From: Terriglobia bacterium
GTDB taxonomy: Bacteria; Acidobacteriota; Terriglobia; JAJPHL01; JAPKYU01
Reading direction: 5' to 3'
Assembly (NCBI GenBank): GCA_965223005.1
Contig: CBDCVK010000010.1
Span: forward strand, 1,056,001 to 1,120,000
Length of the DNA stretch: 64,000 nucleotides
Below, one piece after another: positions 22,674-32,895 of the stretch. Each line of letters starts with the position of its first letter. Positions within the stretch are counted from its first letter, which is position 1. A program made the translations under genes and the position numbers. The notes under the pieces were generated by a model. The model was given only the letters and a program-made list of their open reading frames with translations. It was not told where the DNA came from and did not search any database.

Positions 22674-23542
22674 TCGCACTCCATCTCGATCGAGAGGGCC
22701 CCTTCGTAGCCGACGAACTGCAAAGCCGATAGGAAGTCGCGCCAGAACAGCTGGTCGTGGCCCCACCCGACCAGCGCGAACACCCAGGAACGCCCACCAG
22801 GTGTCATATGGGACGCGGGGTCAAGGAGGCCTTGTACTGCCATTCGGCCACGATCAAAGCGAATATCTTTGACGTGAACGTGAAGGATTGCATCGGACAA
22901 GAACTTGACCACCTCGATCAAGTCCATGCCCTGCACAAACAGGTGCGACGGATCCAAGTTGCAACCGATCACCGGTCCAACCGCCTCGCGCAGCCTCATC
23001 AGCGTCTGCGGGGAGTAGACGAGATCACAGAGCTGGGGCTCGACCGCCACCTTGCAGCCGTGGTCCTCAGCAATCTTTCCGTGTTCACGCCAATAGGGGA
23101 TCAGGCGCTGTTCCCACTGCCAACGCGTAATGTCGTGGCTGAAGGTCTTGGTAGAGTCGGCGACCCAATAAGGGGTCGTCTCCCCGGGACCAGCCTCTGG
23201 AAGACCGGACAATACCACCAACCGGTCGACACCAGCCGCTTCCGCCAGTCGGCAAATCTCACGGAACCCCCGGGAGTACGCCTCCGCCACCTTCTTGTTG
23301 GGCGACAAGGGCTCACCATGCGCACAGAACGCGCTTATTTCCAGCCCGTGCTGTTTGAGCTTATCCAGCCATCGGTTCAGCTCGCCTTTGTCCTTGAGAA
23401 GCTTTTCGGTGTCGCAAAACTTGCGTGCGGGCTCTTCCAAAACCCCAACCTCAATCGTCTGCACGCCACGCTTCTGGAGGAAATCCAGCGCCTCCTCGAA
23501 CTCAAAGCACAAAAGAAAAAAGGTATTGACGCCAAGTTTCAT
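22559..23542 (-). CDS. Sugar phosphate isomerase/epimerase (xylose-isomerase-like TIM barrel)
   Basis: NLDPSHL, HVHVKD, GALSIEME; GGAGG RBS before MKLG. Confidence 0.85.
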   Translation of the reverse strand: MKLGVNTFFLLCFEFEEALDFLQKRGVQTIEVGVLEEPARKFCDTEKLLKDKGELNRWLDKLKQHGLEISAFCAHGEPLSPNKKVAEAYSRGFREICRLAEAAGVDRLVVLSGLPEAGPGETTPYWVADSTKTFSHDITRWQWEQRLIPYWREHGKIAEDHGCKVAVEPQLCDLVYSPQTLMRLREAVGPVIGCNLDPSHLFVQGMDLIEVVKFLSDAILHVHVKDIRFDRGRMAVQGLLDPASHMTPGGRSWVFALVGWGHDQLFWRDFLSALQFVGYEGALSIEMECDYFDVKEGLEKSIEFLKPLIPKKLPGKRWWGYAGWEMP

Positions 23543-23646
23543 ACGAACTTCCCTCCGAAAGGGTCGCCAGGCTGATGGGCCGGGTTGATGGCCAGGTTGA
23601 TGGCCAGGTTGATGGGTGGTGGCACCCTTTGCCGCTTCTTCATTTC

Positions 23647-24534
23647 TCACCCGATGCCGATTTCGCGCAGGTAAGCACGTGTCCGCTTGGCGATGGGTAG
23701 CGGTTTATCGAACGCCGTCGGATACATGTCCTGTTCCACAATCGCCCAGCCGTCGTAAGCAATCTCCTGCAGTGCATCGCGATAAGCGACAAAATCTACC
23801 ATCCCTTGGGCCGGTTCGCAAAAGATGCCCATTTCGGTGGCCTTGTTCAAGGGTATGCGTTCTGCCGCCACTTTCGCGCGGATCTGGGGGTCAATGTTCT
23901 TCAGGTGCATGTACCGGATCCTAGCGTGATGTTTCCTCAGAAAAGCAACAGGGTCTCCCCCGCCATAGGCATGGTGACCAGGGTCCAAGCAAAGGGAAAC
24001 GCGCTGCGGGTCAGTCTGTTCCAAAAGGGCTTCGATCTGGTGCTCATGCTGGACATGGGTCTCGACATGGGGATGAAAAACGAGGTCCAGCCCAAAGCGC
24101 TCGTGGACCAGATCGGCCAGTGTCTGTGTCGTATGGATCAACCTCTTCCATCCGTCTTCGTCAAGACGGCTCGGGCCCGTCGGCTTGCCGGTGTGCAGAT
24201 CGATGTAGACGTCGTCGAGGAGCATCACATATTTTCCGTCCACACCCGCCATCATTGCACCCACTTTGAGCGCCTCTTCTTTTATGACTGGCCACAACGC
24301 CGGATCTTCCAGCGGTAGCATCACGTCGCATGCGACTGCCTTCAGATTTCGCCGTTCCAGTTCCGGGCGAAGAATCTTCGGATCCGTGGGCAGATAGCCG
24401 TACGGGGCAAGTTCGATCCACTCATAATCTGCCTGGATGAGTTCATCCAGAAATCGCTGCCAAGGGATTTGTTTAGGATCGCTGGCAAAGTTAACGCCCC
24501 ACGAGCAGGGTGATGAGCCGATTCTGACTTTCAT
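23647..24534 (-). CDS. Inosose dehydratase-like (IolE family) TIM-barrel protein
   Basis: PCSWGV, ELAPYGYLP, FHPH, CLDPGHHAY, HLKN, VEQD. Confidence 0.82.
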   Translation of the reverse strand: MKVRIGSSPCSWGVNFASDPKQIPWQRFLDELIQADYEWIELAPYGYLPTDPKILRPELERRNLKAVACDVMLPLEDPALWPVIKEEALKVGAMMAGVDGKYVMLLDDVYIDLHTGKPTGPSRLDEDGWKRLIHTTQTLADLVHERFGLDLVFHPHVETHVQHEHQIEALLEQTDPQRVSLCLDPGHHAYGGGDPVAFLRKHHARIRYMHLKNIDPQIRAKVAAERIPLNKATEMGIFCEPAQGMVDFVAYRDALQEIAYDGWAIVEQDMYPTAFDKPLPIAKRTRAYLREIGIG

Positions 24535-24623
24535 GATGTTAATTGCGTCGCGCCGACCGGCCTCCTACCATGAGGAGGGTGCTGTCACCCGTTAAGGCGA
24601 ACCGAGTTCGTCGTGCCCCTACA

Positions 24624-25409
24624 TCACGTCGTGTGCTTGGCCTGGCTGGCTCTTTTCCAGGTGGCGGCGAGTGGTTCGATTTCGCTTCCCACGATCACCC
24701 AGGACGCGCCTTGCTTGATGGCGTCCGGCACGCCGTCAGGCGAGGAGACCAGAGCGCCATAATGGACACCTCGTTGGCGACAGACCTTGCGAACGTGCTC
24801 AACCAACTCCCGGAATCGCTCATGGTGGGTCTGCCCAGGAATCCCCAAATCAAGCGACAGGTCGGTTGGCCCGATCATCACACCATCGACGTCGCCCCCA
24901 TCGACGTCGCCCAAAGATACGAGTTCATCCAATCTGCGGATGGCCACCTCCGACTCGACCTTCAGAATCAGAGAGATTTGCTTATCGTAGTCGGCGACCT
25001 CCTCGGCAATGGGCCGAGCCGCGTATAGATTGTGACCGGCCGTACCACACCGGCCCCGCTTGCCTTTGGGAGGATGGCGCACCGCAGCGATCGCCCGTGC
25101 CACGTCGTCGGTCGTTTCGACGTGAGGGAGCACGATGCCGGACGCGCCGGAATCCAAGGCATGATCGATTGCGTGGTAGCTGATGTCCTTTGTGGTGACC
25201 AGCGGCGCCATGCCGGTGAGCCGCGCGACCTGCGCGAGGTCGTGAATGGTTTCCGGATTATGGGGGCGGTGCTCCACGTCAAGCATGACAAAATCAAGAC
25301 CGGCGGCGGCGGCGATCTCGATCGTTGCAATGTCGGTGCTGTACAAGATCATGGTGCCGACGGCCACGCCACCAGCCTGCCATATCTTTTTGAGAGGATT
25401 CACGTCCAT
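24624..25409 (-). CDS. HpcH/HpaI aldolase family
   Basis: DFVMLDVEH, LPHVET, PPKGKRG, IGPTDLS. Confidence 0.88.
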   Translation of the reverse strand: MDVNPLKKIWQAGGVAVGTMILYSTDIATIEIAAAAGLDFVMLDVEHRPHNPETIHDLAQVARLTGMAPLVTTKDISYHAIDHALDSGASGIVLPHVETTDDVARAIAAVRHPPKGKRGRCGTAGHNLYAARPIAEEVADYDKQISLILKVESEVAIRRLDELVSLGDVDGGDVDGVMIGPTDLSLDLGIPGQTHHERFRELVEHVRKVCRQRGVHYGALVSSPDGVPDAIKQGASWVIVGSEIEPLAATWKRASQAKHTT

Positions 25410-25631
25410 TTGGTCAACCAGCCTATTCGCAGTTCAATTTACCCGTTATCGCCTCGACTCGTACGACCAAAACATCGACGATCTCGGGGCAAACGCATCT
25501 TAGGCTCCTCTCAGCCGCCCGTCAAGCAGCTCTTCGTCGGATCGCCGGCCGATGGAAACCCAAATTCATGCTGGTTCCTGCGCCAGGGCATATAATATAG
25601 GCTGGAAGTTAGCATCGCCCCAGGAGAGTAA

Positions 25632-26345
25632 ATGATGAGTGTGCAACTTGAGTTCGTCGGCCACGCTTGCTTCCGGCTGTGGGAAAATGGCCGTCCCGTC
25701 CTTGTCACCGATCCGCTCCGCTACGAACAGTTGGGTTTGTCCGATCCGGGAACGCGGTTCGAAGCCGACACCGTGATTGCCAGTTCATTGACGGACGAGG
25801 CGCATTCTAACATCGGGCTCGTGAAAGGCAGTCCCCGCGTGATTAACGCGCTCGATGTGGCCCAGGGCAAGACCAAGGCGAAGATCAGCGGGCAACCGGT
25901 TCTCACGGCTCAGGCCCGCGAAGATCCCAAGCACCCCGAACACGAGCCCATGGACAACGCCCTGTACGCGTTCAAGTTTGGCGACCTGTGGTTTGTCCAC
26001 ATGGGCGACGTCGGTCCCCACCAACTGCCGCACGACCAGCTGGCGCCTTTCACGGGGCACTGCGATGTCCTTTTCGCGCTCACGGGCGAGCAACTCACGC
26101 CGAAACACGAAGAGCTGGACTCCTGGATCGATCTCCTCAAACCGAAGTGGCTCGTGCCGATGCACTACAACATCCCGCCGGTGTCGTTCGAGATGTCCAA
26201 GATCGACGACTTCATCGAGCACCGAGCCGATGATCCTGTTTTCTTCGTGCGCCACCACACGGTCGAGTTGCCACTGCCGACACCGAAGGAGGGCCGACCC
26301 ACGATCGTCGTGCTCGACCCCTCGGCGTACCAGCGGTCGGGGTAA
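25632..26345 (+). CDS. Metallo-beta-lactamase-fold protein (degenerate HxHxDH)
   Basis: GHACF, TDP, HMGD, VPMHY. Confidence 0.75.
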   Translation: MMSVQLEFVGHACFRLWENGRPVLVTDPLRYEQLGLSDPGTRFEADTVIASSLTDEAHSNIGLVKGSPRVINALDVAQGKTKAKISGQPVLTAQAREDPKHPEHEPMDNALYAFKFGDLWFVHMGDVGPHQLPHDQLAPFTGHCDVLFALTGEQLTPKHEELDSWIDLLKPKWLVPMHYNIPPVSFEMSKIDDFIEHRADDPVFFVRHHTVELPLPTPKEGRPTIVVLDPSAYQRSG

Positions 26346-26625
26346 AGGAACCGGTGGATCGACCGAAGGTCTCCGCGTCATCATCATGGTGACGAGAATG
26401 GCCTGTCTGCCCGTGGTTGTTTGCTTCTGTGGTCGCACTGGCGTCCGGTTGAGGCAAAGGGCTGGCATTGATTCGTAGAGGGATTGTCCCCGAGCATCCA
26501 GAGGCGGTTCCTTCCCGGGTTCGAGCTTCGGGCCTCCCGGCCAGGAGCATAGGTAAATTTTCAACTCTTCAAGTCTTCAAGTCTACAATTACGTCCTGGT
26601 ATAAAAGATTGCTGGAGGGAGCTTT

Positions 26626-28161
26626 ATGACGATTGCATTCGCCCGTCGTGCGGCAACTTGCCTGCTCGCGGCTTTTCTTTTGGCGGGGACAGCACGCGCC
26701 GGGGAGCCCGACTCGGAGGCTCAAACATTTCCCTACAATGACGTGCGGAGGAAGCTGGAAGAACATCAGGTCCGTATCCGGGAACTGGAACGCCTGCTGA
26801 AGGAACAAGAACGTCTGCTGCGAGCCCTGCAACAACAATTGGCCGAGCAGCGAACCCACTCGGCGTCGGGGCCGCGCTCGGCCTCGGCCTCAGAACCACT
26901 CGGGCACGGCGTAACCGCCCAGGAAGAGGTGAACCGCACATCCGGGGAGGTGAATGCCCCGGCTAAGTCGCTCGCGCCAGTACGGTCCGACGTGCAAAAG
27001 CCTGCGGAAGCTCAACACGAGCAAGAGAAGGCATCGCCGCTCACCGCTGGATGGACCGGCAGCCACCCCTACATCCGCAGTGCCGACGGTGATTTCACCA
27101 TGCAGTTTGGAGGCCGCATGCAGTTTGATTGGCGCAGCCACACTGGAGAGGTCACCCCGGCAGGGACGTTCTTAATCCGCCGAGCGCGGCTGGAGGCGGA
27201 GGGGCAATTGTTTAAACACTATGAGTACAAGGTGCAGGCCGACTTCGCAGAGGTCGGCACCACGCTGCTGCGCGATGGGTTCCTGAACATCAACTACATC
27301 AAGCCTTTCCAGGTCAAGTTTGGGCAGTTCAAGGCCCCCTTCAGCCAGGAGCAATCGCAATCGTCGAAATACATGGATTTTGTCGAGCGCTCCAGCGTCA
27401 ACAACCTGGCGCCGGGTCGCAGTCAAGGTCTGATGATCCACGGGGAAGTGACCGATGGTGTTTTCCAGTACGACCTCGGTGCCTTCAACGGGCGCGGCGT
27501 GCTGTTGAGGGCGACGGCCACGACGCCCGAGACGTTCTTGCGCTTGCGCTTCACCCCCTTCAAGAAGGGGGGGGGGCCAATCCCGAAGAACTTCAGTTTT
27601 GGCGGTGCCGTGTCGCAAGGGCGCAACCGGGGCGGACTTAACTTCGGCGGACGCACAGCCAGCCGCAGCATCACCTTCTTCGACCGAGTGCCGGTGAACG
27701 GCAAGGTCCAGCGCGCTAACGGGGAATTCTGGTGGAATCATCGCAACTTCTCCTTGCGGGGCGAGTACGTCCAGACAAACCAGTTCCGGGAAGGGCTCGA
27801 CGCCGGCAGCGGAAACCTGCCTGGTGTGGTTGGTAAGGGGTATCTGCTGCAGGCGAGTTATCTACTGACCGGTGAGGAAAAAGGGCGGCGAGGAATCGGC
27901 CCCCGGTCGGCCTTTCTGGGAGACAAAGGCGGTCTCGGCGCCTGGGAACTGGCCTTCCGCTATGAGAACCTGCAAATGCACGATGCGTTCAATCCCAACC
28001 GACACGAGGCCTACACCTTCGGCCTCAACTGGTGGCTGACCAAATTTGTGCGCTACCAGTCGAATTTCATTCTGGAGCGGTTCAAGGACCCCAGCCGGGC
28101 GCCGACCCCTGGCAAGCGGGACCACTTCAGCTTTCTGAGCCGGATGCAGGTGATCTTCTAG
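26626..28161 (+). CDS. Phosphate-selective porin OprO/OprP family
   Basis: Signal peptide, coiled coil, GGRMQFD, RRARL, GQFKAPFS, GAWELAFRY, GLNWW, terminal Phe. Confidence 0.85.
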   Translation: MTIAFARRAATCLLAAFLLAGTARAGEPDSEAQTFPYNDVRRKLEEHQVRIRELERLLKEQERLLRALQQQLAEQRTHSASGPRSASASEPLGHGVTAQEEVNRTSGEVNAPAKSLAPVRSDVQKPAEAQHEQEKASPLTAGWTGSHPYIRSADGDFTMQFGGRMQFDWRSHTGEVTPAGTFLIRRARLEAEGQLFKHYEYKVQADFAEVGTTLLRDGFLNINYIKPFQVKFGQFKAPFSQEQSQSSKYMDFVERSSVNNLAPGRSQGLMIHGEVTDGVFQYDLGAFNGRGVLLRATATTPETFLRLRFTPFKKGGGPIPKNFSFGGAVSQGRNRGGLNFGGRTASRSITFFDRVPVNGKVQRANGEFWWNHRNFSLRGEYVQTNQFREGLDAGSGNLPGVVGKGYLLQASYLLTGEEKGRRGIGPRSAFLGDKGGLGAWELAFRYENLQMHDAFNPNRHEAYTFGLNWWLTKFVRYQSNFILERFKDPSRAPTPGKRDHFSFLSRMQVIF

Positions 28162-28269
28162 GCGTCTAAGCTTTCCTAGCCCGTACCTGAAGACAAGCCA
28201 CCGCGCGCTGGCTTGTGGAGAGGGGTGTTTGCGTTGGTCAAGAGGGCTTTGGCAATTCAGCAAAGCAAT

Positions 28270-29910
28270 CTAGGCCGACAACCTCTTGGTTCGGGAAAGA
28301 TACTTTTCAGCCCTTTCAATAGCTCGTTTCTCGGCCTCTTCTTTGGTGGAACCATCAGTCCGCGTTAAACATGCTCCTGGGTCCACATTGTCGGCCTTGC
28401 AATAGTACCTGTCTCCTAGCTTGTAAGAGGTAAGCCTTGCTGGCCAGCCTGCCAATTCGAGAGTCCTTTCGGAATATTCGGTAGGTCTCATGAGCTTGCT
28501 CGCTTGGGCTGTCTCACCTCCTAGGATCTCGAACCCTGATTTCTCCCATGCAGTAATCCCGCCAAGCAGGTCACACACATCCTTGATCCCAAACTGTCGA
28601 AGCAAGCTCGCAGCCATGGAGGAACGGTAGCCTCCTGCACAGTGGACAACCAGATTCTTGTCACGGGGCAGCTCCCCGATTCGTTCTCTCAGACGGGTCA
28701 AAGGAATGTGAAAGCTCCCTTCGATCCGCTTTTCCTGTCTCTCCTTGTCGTTGCGAACGTCCACAACCAGAGGCGGAGTCTCACAGGCCAGTTGTTCGGC
28801 GAGTGTCGTTGCCGTCAACCGGGTGACACGTTGAACGAGTTCGGGATACGAGCGAGCGGCCTCCATGCCGCCCTTCAGATAGCCAGCCAAGTGGTCGAAG
28901 CCGATGCGGCCGAGGCGCATCGCTGCCTCCTTTTCGGATCCGGGCGAAGCAATGATCATGATTGCCTTTTGCATATCGAGCAACGTGCCGGCCCAGCTCG
29001 CAAACTGCCCGGCCAAGCCGATGTTTATGCTGCCGGCAAGGTGGCCGCCTGAGAATTCTGTCGGATCGCGCACATCTACAATTTGTGCTCCGGAGTTGGC
29101 CATTTCGAGGAATTGGGGCAACTTGATCGGTCTCAAATGCTGTTCTAGACTCTCCTCCAGAGTTGGCCGCTCTTTCGCGTTGAGGATCGCGTCATAAGTG
29201 AAGTAGGACGGAGCGTCAGGCTGTTCAGCGGTGACCAGTTGTACGAACTCCTTCTTACTCATGGGTTGTAGCGCGTAGTTGTACTGGCGCTGGGCGCCAA
29301 TCGTGGATACGGTTTCGGTGCTCAATTGCCTTCCACATAAAGATCCCGCCCCGTGCGCCGGATAAACCAGTGTTTCATCCGGCAGTTTCATCAGTTTCTG
29401 GTGCAGCGAATCGTAGAGCAGGCCAGCGAGCTGTTGTGCCGAAAACCCAATGGACGCCCTCAAATCCGGGCGACCCACATCGCCGATAAAGAGTGTGTCA
29501 CCGGTGAGGACCGAGTACGGTTTCTGAGAGTCTGAGGCCAGATCGTAAACAACTATCGAGATAGATTCTGGTGAGTGACCGGGTGTCTCGAGGATACTCA
29601 GCCTTAGCGTTCCAAATTCCAAACTGTCGCCATCTTTGAAACCGATGAACTCGTATTCGGCCTTCGCTTGGGTTCCCAGGCAGATTTTGGCTCCGGCACG
29701 TTCCCTCAGCTCCACATGCCCCGCGAGGAAGTCGGCGTGCAGATGGGTAAGGATAACGTGACTGATCTTCAGCTGTTGCTCCGCGGCCTCTGCCAGATAT
29801 TGGTCAATATCACGCTGAGGATCAACGATGACCGCCGTCCGGCTCCCCTCATCGCCTACTAAATAAGAAGCATGGGCGAGACAGCCGAGATAATACTGCT
29901 TGAGGATCAT
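28270..29910 (-). CDS. MBL-fold persulfide dioxygenase with two rhodanese domains and a C-terminal extension
   Basis: THLHADF, TPGH, TGDTLFIGDVGRPDL, HGAGSLCG, HCAGGYRS. Confidence 0.9.
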   Translation of the reverse strand: MILKQYYLGCLAHASYLVGDEGSRTAVIVDPQRDIDQYLAEAAEQQLKISHVILTHLHADFLAGHVELRERAGAKICLGTQAKAEYEFIGFKDGDSLEFGTLRLSILETPGHSPESISIVVYDLASDSQKPYSVLTGDTLFIGDVGRPDLRASIGFSAQQLAGLLYDSLHQKLMKLPDETLVYPAHGAGSLCGRQLSTETVSTIGAQRQYNYALQPMSKKEFVQLVTAEQPDAPSYFTYDAILNAKERPTLEESLEQHLRPIKLPQFLEMANSGAQIVDVRDPTEFSGGHLAGSINIGLAGQFASWAGTLLDMQKAIMIIASPGSEKEAAMRLGRIGFDHLAGYLKGGMEAARSYPELVQRVTRLTATTLAEQLACETPPLVVDVRNDKERQEKRIEGSFHIPLTRLRERIGELPRDKNLVVHCAGGYRSSMAASLLRQFGIKDVCDLLGGITAWEKSGFEILGGETAQASKLMRPTEYSERTLELAGWPARLTSYKLGDRYYCKADNVDPGACLTRTDGSTKEEAEKRAIERAEKYLSRTKRLSA

Positions 29911-30089
29911 GACCTCTCCTTCCGATTAGAAGGGGAATTTCCGATTTCGGCCTACTGCGTGCACGATAAGACACCCACAGCCAGCCGACGCATGACCACG
30001 AAGCACGCCGGGTTAGGGTAACCTCCTCGGGAACTCAGACGAGTGGAATCGGCTCTCAAGGTCGAGCAGTCGCGGCGCCAAAACTTAAG

Positions 30090-30749
30090 CTACTTCGGCT
30101 GGGCGACGATGCGAAGATAAGGCTTGGGCGCCTTCCAGCCGCCGGCGAATTTCTGTTTCGCGTCCGCGTCCGACACCGACGGCAGGATGATGACATCATC
30201 GCCCTGCTTCCAGTTCACCGGTGTAGCAACTTTGTGCTTGGCCGTGAGCTGCATCGAATCAAGGACCCGCAGTACTTCGTCAAAGTTGCGGCCGGTGCTC
30301 ATTGGGTAGCTGAGCATCAGCTTGATCTTCCTGTCTGGACCGATCACGAACACCGTGCGCACGGTGGCATTGTCCGCCGCGGTACGGCCCTCAGAGGTAT
30401 TCCCGGTTTGGGCCGGCAGCATCCCATAAAGCTTGGCGACTTTGAGCCCCGGGTCGCCGATCATCGGGTAGGTCACCTTGTGGCCCTGAGTCTCCTCAAT
30501 GTCCGCTGCCCACTTGCTGTGATTGTTCACCGGGTCCACGCTCAACCCGATGATCTTGCAGTTTCGCTTCTCGAATTCGGGTTGGAGGCCTGCCATATAG
30601 CCCAGTTCTGTAGTGCACACCGGAGTAAAGTCTTTCGGGTGTGAAAACAAAATCGCCCAGCCGTCGCCAATCCATTCGTGAAAGTTGATCATGCCCTGGG
30701 TCGTTTCGGTGGTGAAATTGGGTGCTTCGTCATTTATGCGTAAGGACAT
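30090..30749 (-). CDS. 1-Cys peroxiredoxin (Prx6)
   Basis: FSHPKDFTPVCTTE, YPMSTGRNFDE, ATPVNW. Confidence 0.93.
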   Translation of the reverse strand: MSLRINDEAPNFTTETTQGMINFHEWIGDGWAILFSHPKDFTPVCTTELGYMAGLQPEFEKRNCKIIGLSVDPVNNHSKWAADIEETQGHKVTYPMIGDPGLKVAKLYGMLPAQTGNTSEGRTAADNATVRTVFVIGPDRKIKLMLSYPMSTGRNFDEVLRVLDSMQLTAKHKVATPVNWKQGDDVIILPSVSDADAKQKFAGGWKAPKPYLRIVAQPK

Positions 30750-31115
30750 CGTTCGCCTCCTCCGACAGTTTACTCGCGATTTCCGATTTGGATTTGCCCC
30801 AGCGAAAATTCTACATCTGCCAACCTCGAAGCCGATGCCGCCGAGGTAGGTAGAGTAGACCCAGGAGGGCCCCCAAAGCAACACCGTCACCATCGCCGTG
30901 CAGTAGTCTGCTTCGCCTCGGTCCAAGTCTCTGAGTACAAGACGCTTGCCTCAGGTTCAGTGGACTAGTCCCTCTAGGCGGTTAGCGTTTACTTGTGCTT
31001 CAGAACGAACTGAGAGGCTTCAGGTGTCAGGACCCGCCGGAACCGACAGCGTCAGCCTGTCGAGGTGAATTGATGCCGTCCCATGCGCAAATGCACCGCG
31101 GATTCACTAGAGATG

Positions 31116-32715
31116 TCATCCCGCCACTCCGAGCGGGGAGAAATAGATCATTATGAGGACGATGACCGAAATGATAATCGCCGTGTGGATCACCTCCTTG
31201 TAGCTCCAGCTCGCTCTGGAGAGCGCCCTGTCTTGTGCCAAGGTTGTGGCGTAGGTCAGTCCCCTCAGCCTCTGTTCCGATGGGTTCTCTGTCAGGAGGC
31301 TCACGATGGTCATGATGGCGACGGCGATGAGGAACAAAACTGGCGCAAAGTATAGGAAGTTAATCCTGGCATAGGCATGGAGCAGCGGTACCCCTTCCAC
31401 GGGGAAGACCTCGACGGCGAGCTTGCTCATGCCCAGAAGGAAGCCGGCGATCAGCGCCGAGAGGGCACCCTTGCCGTTGATCCGCTTGAAGAAGACGCCG
31501 AGCAGGAAGACCGCCGTGATCGGCGGAGCAATGTAAGCCTGTACGTTTTGGAGGTACTTATAGAGCGAACTCTCCTCCGACATCCCCTTCAGAACCGGAA
31601 TCCAGGCGATCCCCAGGGCGACGACGACCGTCGTGGCGATGCGTCCCACGCGCACCAGCGTCGCCTCGGTGGCTTCGGGTCGGAGCTTCTTGTAGATGTC
31701 CATGGTGAACAGGGTCGAGCAGCCGTTAAACACCGCAGCCAGCGAGCTCATAAGCGCCGCGATCAAGCCGCCGGCAATGAGTCCCCGCACGCCCACCGGG
31801 ATCAGAGTCCTGACCATTGTAGGGAAGACCTGGTCCGCCGTCTCATAGTGGAGCTTGCCCTGCTTGTTCAGGGCAAAGGCGATGATCCCGGGGACGAGAA
31901 AAATAAAAAATGGGAGAAGTTTCAGGTAGCCCGCAAAGATCGTTCCCCTGCGCGCGTTTGCTTCGTCCTTGGCCGCTAGTGTCCGCTGGACGATGCACTG
32001 ATCGGTGCACCAATACCAAATGCCGACAATGGAGCCAGTGAGCAGGAGGCCGAGCCACGGAAAACTGGAGTCGAGTGGCGGCCACATGTTGAGGTGATCC
32101 TTGCCCACCGTCGACAGCACGTTGTCCCATCCCCCGACCTCCACGATTCCCACGATCGTCACTGTAATCGATCCCAAAATCAGGACGACTACGTGCACCG
32201 CATCTGTGTACACGATAGCCCGAAGCCCGCCGAGCATGGTGTACAGGCCCGTGAGGAGCACGACCACGAGCGCGCTGGTCCAAAACTCCACCCCCATGAG
32301 CGATTGGAAGACAATCGCGCCGGCGTACACAGTGACCGATACCTTCGTGAGCACGTAAGCGATGAGCGAGATCACGGACAGAAACCAGCGCGCCTTCGGC
32401 GTGTAGCGGAGCTCCAGGAACTCAGGCATCGTGAAGACCCGGCTGCGCAAGTAGAACGGCACAAAGACCCACCCCAACAGCAAGACGCACCAAGAGTGGA
32501 GCTCGTATTGGCCGAGCGGCACGCCGCTGCTTGCTCCGGTGCCGGCCAAGCCCACGATGTGCTCGGAGCCGACGTTGGAGGCAAGGATGGAGGAGCCGAT
32601 CACGTACCAGCCCACATGCCCGCTTGCGCATCACCCGGACGGCAATGCCCATGACAACCGCAAAGTAGAGCGCGACGACCGCCCAGTCCAAGGCTTGGAA
32701 CATCTCCATCGTCAA
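31116..32715 (-). pseudogene. Sodium:solute (sugar/inositol) symporter, frameshifted near 32620
   Basis: ASNVGSEH, WYWCTDQ, AALMSSL; N-terminus out of frame and the usual DYFLAG segment is missing. Confidence 0.8.
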
Positions 32716-32895
32716 TGCTCTTTCTTGCGCGAGCGCCTCAGTTGATTGCCATTGGGTCGTTCATGCATGCCAAATTGTGGAAGGTTTACTGGACTTTTCC
32801 TACCGGCTCGGGGTGGCAACGAGTTTCTGGACTTTCCCCATCGGCTCGGGCTCGGTCACTGGTCTGTTCGGAGGTTGCCTTTGGAAAGCCTAGTT

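Noticed and set aside
23583-23614. 12-bp tandem repeat GGTTGATGGCCA (about three copies); similar short duplications at 24895, 35468 and 58795
   Set aside because: Local slippage duplications with no evident function.
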